From the NCBI RefSeq assembly GCF_009914755.1, contig NC_060929.1: DNA of 64,000 nucleotides; one strand, given 5' to 3'. A program made the translations under genes and the position numbers. The stretch is from the human T2T-CHM13v2.0 reference genome, Homo sapiens. Each line of letters begins with the position of its first letter. Within the stretch, counting starts at the first letter, position 1. Shown here one piece after another: positions 60,159 to 64,000 of this stretch. The notes under the pieces are model-generated. The model was not told the origin of the DNA, made no database searches, and worked only from the letters and a program-made list of their open reading frames with translations.

Positions 60159-61432
60159 GAGAAAAATGGAGTTCAAACACTGTGATTAGAATGTATGTTT
60201 ACTTATATAGAATTTATGAATGAATGTATATAATAATTACTGTATATAATTTTAAAATATAATAAAGTCTCTTTATCCATGTGGTGTTAGTCTGTCTCTT
60301 CCATTTTGTTTTTCTTCCCTTCTTGAGCACTCCTTGCTTTTTTACCCATGGCCATTTTTCAATAATGAACATATTTGTAGCTTCTCATTTTATGTCCCTT
60401 TCGACACTTTCAGAGACTTTATCCTTCAAATTTGGAAAGGTTTTTCTTTTCCATAATATAATTTTCCAAATGTTGGCTACTTGTTTAATTTGTTAAACAT
60501 GCAATTGTTTTGCTTGTTTGCTTCACCTGGCAGCTCTTTCTAAAACCTGAGTCACTATTCCTTTTGAACTCTGCTAAAAACATTATCATCTTCTCCAGGA
60601 GCTGAGGTGAAAGATGATGTTTTATTCTACTGCTTTAGTAGGAAGAGCCACATTATTGTCTAATTCGAGTGCAAAATATCTTGTACCATTGGTCATCTTT
60701 CTGGCAATAGACATCACAGTCTACTTCCTAACATTTCATCTTAGGCACTGTGCTGATTACCCCTTCAGGACTCTGGAGTCCACCGTTTTGCTGTAATTTC
60801 TTTAACCACCTGCCAACTCACTAAGGGCATTTGCTTAGTGTTTAATGTTCGCCTCCCAAATCAGTCTTTTTAATTGAATAGGCTATTTTTTTCACATTTC
60901 ATATTCAAGCTTAACTTCCCTTTTGTAATATAGGCAGATGTTAAGATCACGTCAGCACTGCTGTGCAAAGGTTTATGGCAGTATTATTTTATATCTTTGT
61001 TCCACTGTCTGTCCTAAAATAAAAATCAATTGGTTTTTTGTTTGTTTTCTTGTTTTTAACGTATCAGCACAAACCAAAGTATTCTGTATGCTCCATTGAT
61101 ACCATCTCGTTGTTTGGATAGGCAAGATAAACATGTCTGAAGTTTTTAAAGGTTACAGAAGGGTTGAAAATGATGGAATCCAATCACTGATTAAAAATGT
61201 GTGTTTACTAGGTAGTATTTAAGAATGAATGCATATAATAATTATTGTTATTTTTAATTTAAAAATATAATAGGGACCTTTTATCAATGTGGTGAGAGTC
61301 TTTCTATGTCCAGTCTGGTTTTTTGCCCTTCTAGAGCACTCCTTGCTTTTTTACCCATAGCCTTTGGATGATAATCAACAACATATATGTTGCTTCTCAT
61401 TTTAAGCACTTTTCAATACTTGCAGAAACTTT
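60091..61432 (+). repeat. Old diverged direct duplication, period ~1 kb (~60091-60422 vs ~61141-61432)
   Basis: Collinear shared blocks AAAGGTTACAG, GAATGAATG.ATATAATAATTA, GAGCACTCCTTGCTTTTTTACCCAT, GCTTCTCATTTTA. Confidence 0.85.
60118..60154. repeat. (TG)n microsatellite
   Basis: Seen directly. Confidence 0.95.
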
Positions 61433-61636
61433 AGTATATCACAGACATATATGAAATTGTGAGGACTTTGTTATTGAGATTTTTAATTAAAATAAAATTA
61501 TCATAATCATAATAAAATACATTTTATAGTAAAATATTAAAATACAAATATAATAATAAGGCAAAACTATAGTAGCATCTTTCTCTAGATTGCAATTTAA
61601 AGAAGAAACATTGACTTCCTAATGCTGGAATCAATC

Positions 61637-61754
61637 TTTTTAAAAAGTTTATATTTTAGGTTTACGGGTACATGCGAAGGTTTGTTATATAGATAAACAC
61701 ATGTCATGGGGGGGTTGTTGTACATAACATTACATCACCCAGAAATTAAGCTCA
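61637..61754 (-). mobile_element. Short L1PA 3'-end insertion
   Basis: 'ttttaggtttacgggtacatgcgaaggtttgttatatagataaac...ttgttgtaca...catcacccag'; GAATC..TCTTT-like flanks. Confidence 0.8.
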
Positions 61755-62497
61755 GAATCTTTTTCTTTCATTTTTAGCTATATTATTTCCCTTATGTTGG
61801 ACCATAAATCTAAAATTGTAATTAAATGTCCATCCTCCAAAAACGGAAATGCAAGCATGTACATGTCTTTAGAGGTAAGACACAGAAGCTGCCAATATAA
61901 TTTGTACAGAAGTTATATTTCTAATCCGTGTGTGCACATACAAGGTGGAATGCCCATTGTATGAGGAACATTCTATACATTGATTATGTGTAATTGAATG
62001 CAAGAACTTATACAGAGGTACATTAAGATGAAGAAACATGTTTATCTTGTTCTCTCTTCTCTGTAGCATTGAAATTTCAGCTGCAAAGAAAAGGGTAGGC
62101 AAGTCAGGGCAATGTCAATTTTTCTCAATTAAAACAATTTTAAAATCCAAATGAATACTAAGGGGAGAAAGAGAGCCAACTACCAATAAGTATTTGTAAT
62201 TTGATTAAAATTCTGTTTTGTTGAACTCTCCACATTATTTAATACGAGGTAGTGAGCTTAGAATAGCTTACCCTGCTCAGATAAACCATTACAAGCTTTG
62301 CAATTTACTAATCATCAATCTAAAACAATTTTCTGCAATATTTTAGCCCTTCTTCACTGATACATAAAGAGAACTTGCATATAAAAACAATAGAGGAATT
62401 CAAGATGCTATACATTTAAAATCTCAACTGTAGAAATGATTTTCTGCCATATCTAGTAATTCAGAGCTAGACAAAACCATTTATTTAATTATATACC

Positions 62498-62882
62498 TGC
62501 TATGGTTTGAATGTGTCCCCCAAAGTTTATGTGTTGGAAACCTAATTCTCAATGTAATGGTGTTGGGAGTTAGGGCCTAATAAGAGGTGATTAAATTATG
62601 AGAGTTCTGCCCTCATGAATGGACTAATATCATTTTCCTTGGAGTGGGTTAGTTATTATGAGAATGGGTTTGTTATAAAGACAAGTTTGGCCCATTCTTG
62701 CTCGCTTGCTTTTGCCTACTCTTGACCTTCTGCTTTCTGCCATGGGATGACAGAGAATGTAGGCACTCACCAGATGCCGTTGCTATGCATTTGAATTTCC
62801 AGTCTCCAGAACCATGAACCATGGTTCATTATAAATTAACCAGTCCGTGAGAGTCTGTTATGAGTATAAAATGAACTAAGTC
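62498..62882 (+). mobile_element. MST (MSTC-like) solo LTR
   Basis: 'tgctatggtttgaatgtgtcccccaaag...gaggtgatta...ctgccctcatgaatgga...ccagtctccagaaccatga...gaactaag'. Confidence 0.85.
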
Positions 62883-63794
62883 CCTAATGTGCAATATGAA
62901 AAAAATGAATACAAGATTAATCTCTCAGACTACCTTTCACTCTCCAGTGTAGAGAAAATCAGTCCAGGGTAAAACTAACTTTATGTAATGAAGGATAAAA
63001 GGAAGAAATCAAATTAACGAAAATGGATGCATGGATTAGAAAAAAAAATCGGTAAAAAAATTAAATGGTTGTACCCAAAGGAGACACAATGCATGGTTTA
63101 AGTGGGAAACCTCACTGACCATGACATTTATTTTTAATTAGCAATTCAACTAATGTATAGCATCAGTAACATTGTCAATAATTATCTCCCAAGCTTTGTC
63201 ATTGTATATAATTTATAGAACTCTCCATATATGTTGTTGTTTCATACATTTACAATATTTTTAAAATTTAAACCAGTAGTCTAATGTAATAAGAACTATT
63301 TCACCGTGGAAGATAAAGAGTGTAATAATTCGTGTCAAAAGTCCAATGGACATTGTCTAGGTAAGCAGAATCCAGATAGTTCACCTGAAAAATAGTAAAA
63401 TGTCCAAACAGCTTCATAAATAAATAGACTATGTTTAATCTTAAAAAACTGCTAATATATGTATTTGATATTAAGAATTTTAAAATTAATTTCACTGGAG
63501 TTTGAGACTCTTAATTTAGAGAAAAATGTAACATTTTATATATACAGTTTTTGAATTCAATTTTTTTTAACAATTGAAAAACCGTACCATGCTAAGAATT
63601 TGCATTTGAACACTGAAATATTCTCTAAGTGGCCTGTTAGTGTATTAAAATTTCCTCTTAAACCTTTTTATTTTTATGTTTTTTTAAAGCTCCTAGTGGA
63701 GGGTTTGGCTACATAAAATGTATTTCATAAAGTTCGGCTCTGAAGCATAATGCCAATTGCACAGTTGCCCACATTGAGCTATGAATGGGCAGCG

Positions 63795-63950
63795 TTTTGT
63801 AACCATGGATATGGTGAACTTAATGCGAGAGCCATATTCATCTGAGGCTTGCAAGGGTTGGACAGTGCCCTACCGAGATATTCTTTACTGGGTCAGTGAG
63901 CGATCTCCAGCTGCCAAGTGATGTCAGCTCACTCCAGAGAATTGGCCTTG
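63795..63950 (-). promoter_or_regulatory. Candidate promoter/first exon with CCAAT, CRE-like and X-box-like motifs
   Basis: CCAAT (63945-63941, minus), TGACATCA (63926-63919), donor-like CTCG|GTAGGG at 63874/63873, GTAACCATGGATAT (63799-63812), in non-repeat, relatively GC-rich sequence. Confidence 0.35.
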
Positions 63951-64000
63951 TCTGACAGAAGTATGCCCAATAAAATGTATGCATATGAATCACTGTCTTA

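Larger units (their letters stand above)
60930..63384 (-). pseudogene. Candidate decayed PATE/Ly6 (three-finger) secreted-protein pseudogene
   Basis: Exon 63384-63305 (ttttactatttttcag|...CACG|gtgaat) encodes MSIGLLTRIITLFIFH, phase 1. Strong acceptor at 62081. 61925-61803 reads *K(Y)NFCTNYIGSFCVLPLKTCTCLHFRF(W)RMDI*. An exon from 61013 reads GQTVEQRY...QQC*RDLNIC. Confidence 0.4.

Noticed and set aside
59635-60180. 181-aa minus-strand ORF
   Set aside because: Made of a (CA)n tract plus MLT2 LTR sequence, non-ATG start
60819-60840. 7-bp inverted repeat CACTAAG/CTTAGTG
   Set aside because: Expected by chance in 64 kb

Overview
AT-rich primate genomic DNA, almost certainly human because it carries a human-specific L1HS-Ta element. 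It is dominated by transposable-element relics. I found no intact host protein-coding gene, RNA gene, CRISPR array or other prokaryotic feature, and most entries in the ORF track are repeat-derived or random. Main points: (1) a 2.7-kb 5'-inverted (twin-primed) L1HS Ta-0 with an 11-bp TSD sits in the 5'UTR of an old, near-full-length L1PA15/16; (2) two more twin-primed L1s of much older families; (3) a ~157-bp locally templated insertion with a fold-back junction inside a MER47A; (4) ERVL pol/dUTPase remnants and a near-complete MLT1 provirus; (5) at the right end, a candidate decayed minus-strand gene with a CCAAT/CRE/X-box promoter, a phase-1 signal-peptide exon and exons with PATE/Ly6 (three-finger) cysteine spacing, next to an old ~1-kb-period duplication. 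Repeat family names come from recalled consensus sequences, not a database search, and boundaries of old elements are approximate.
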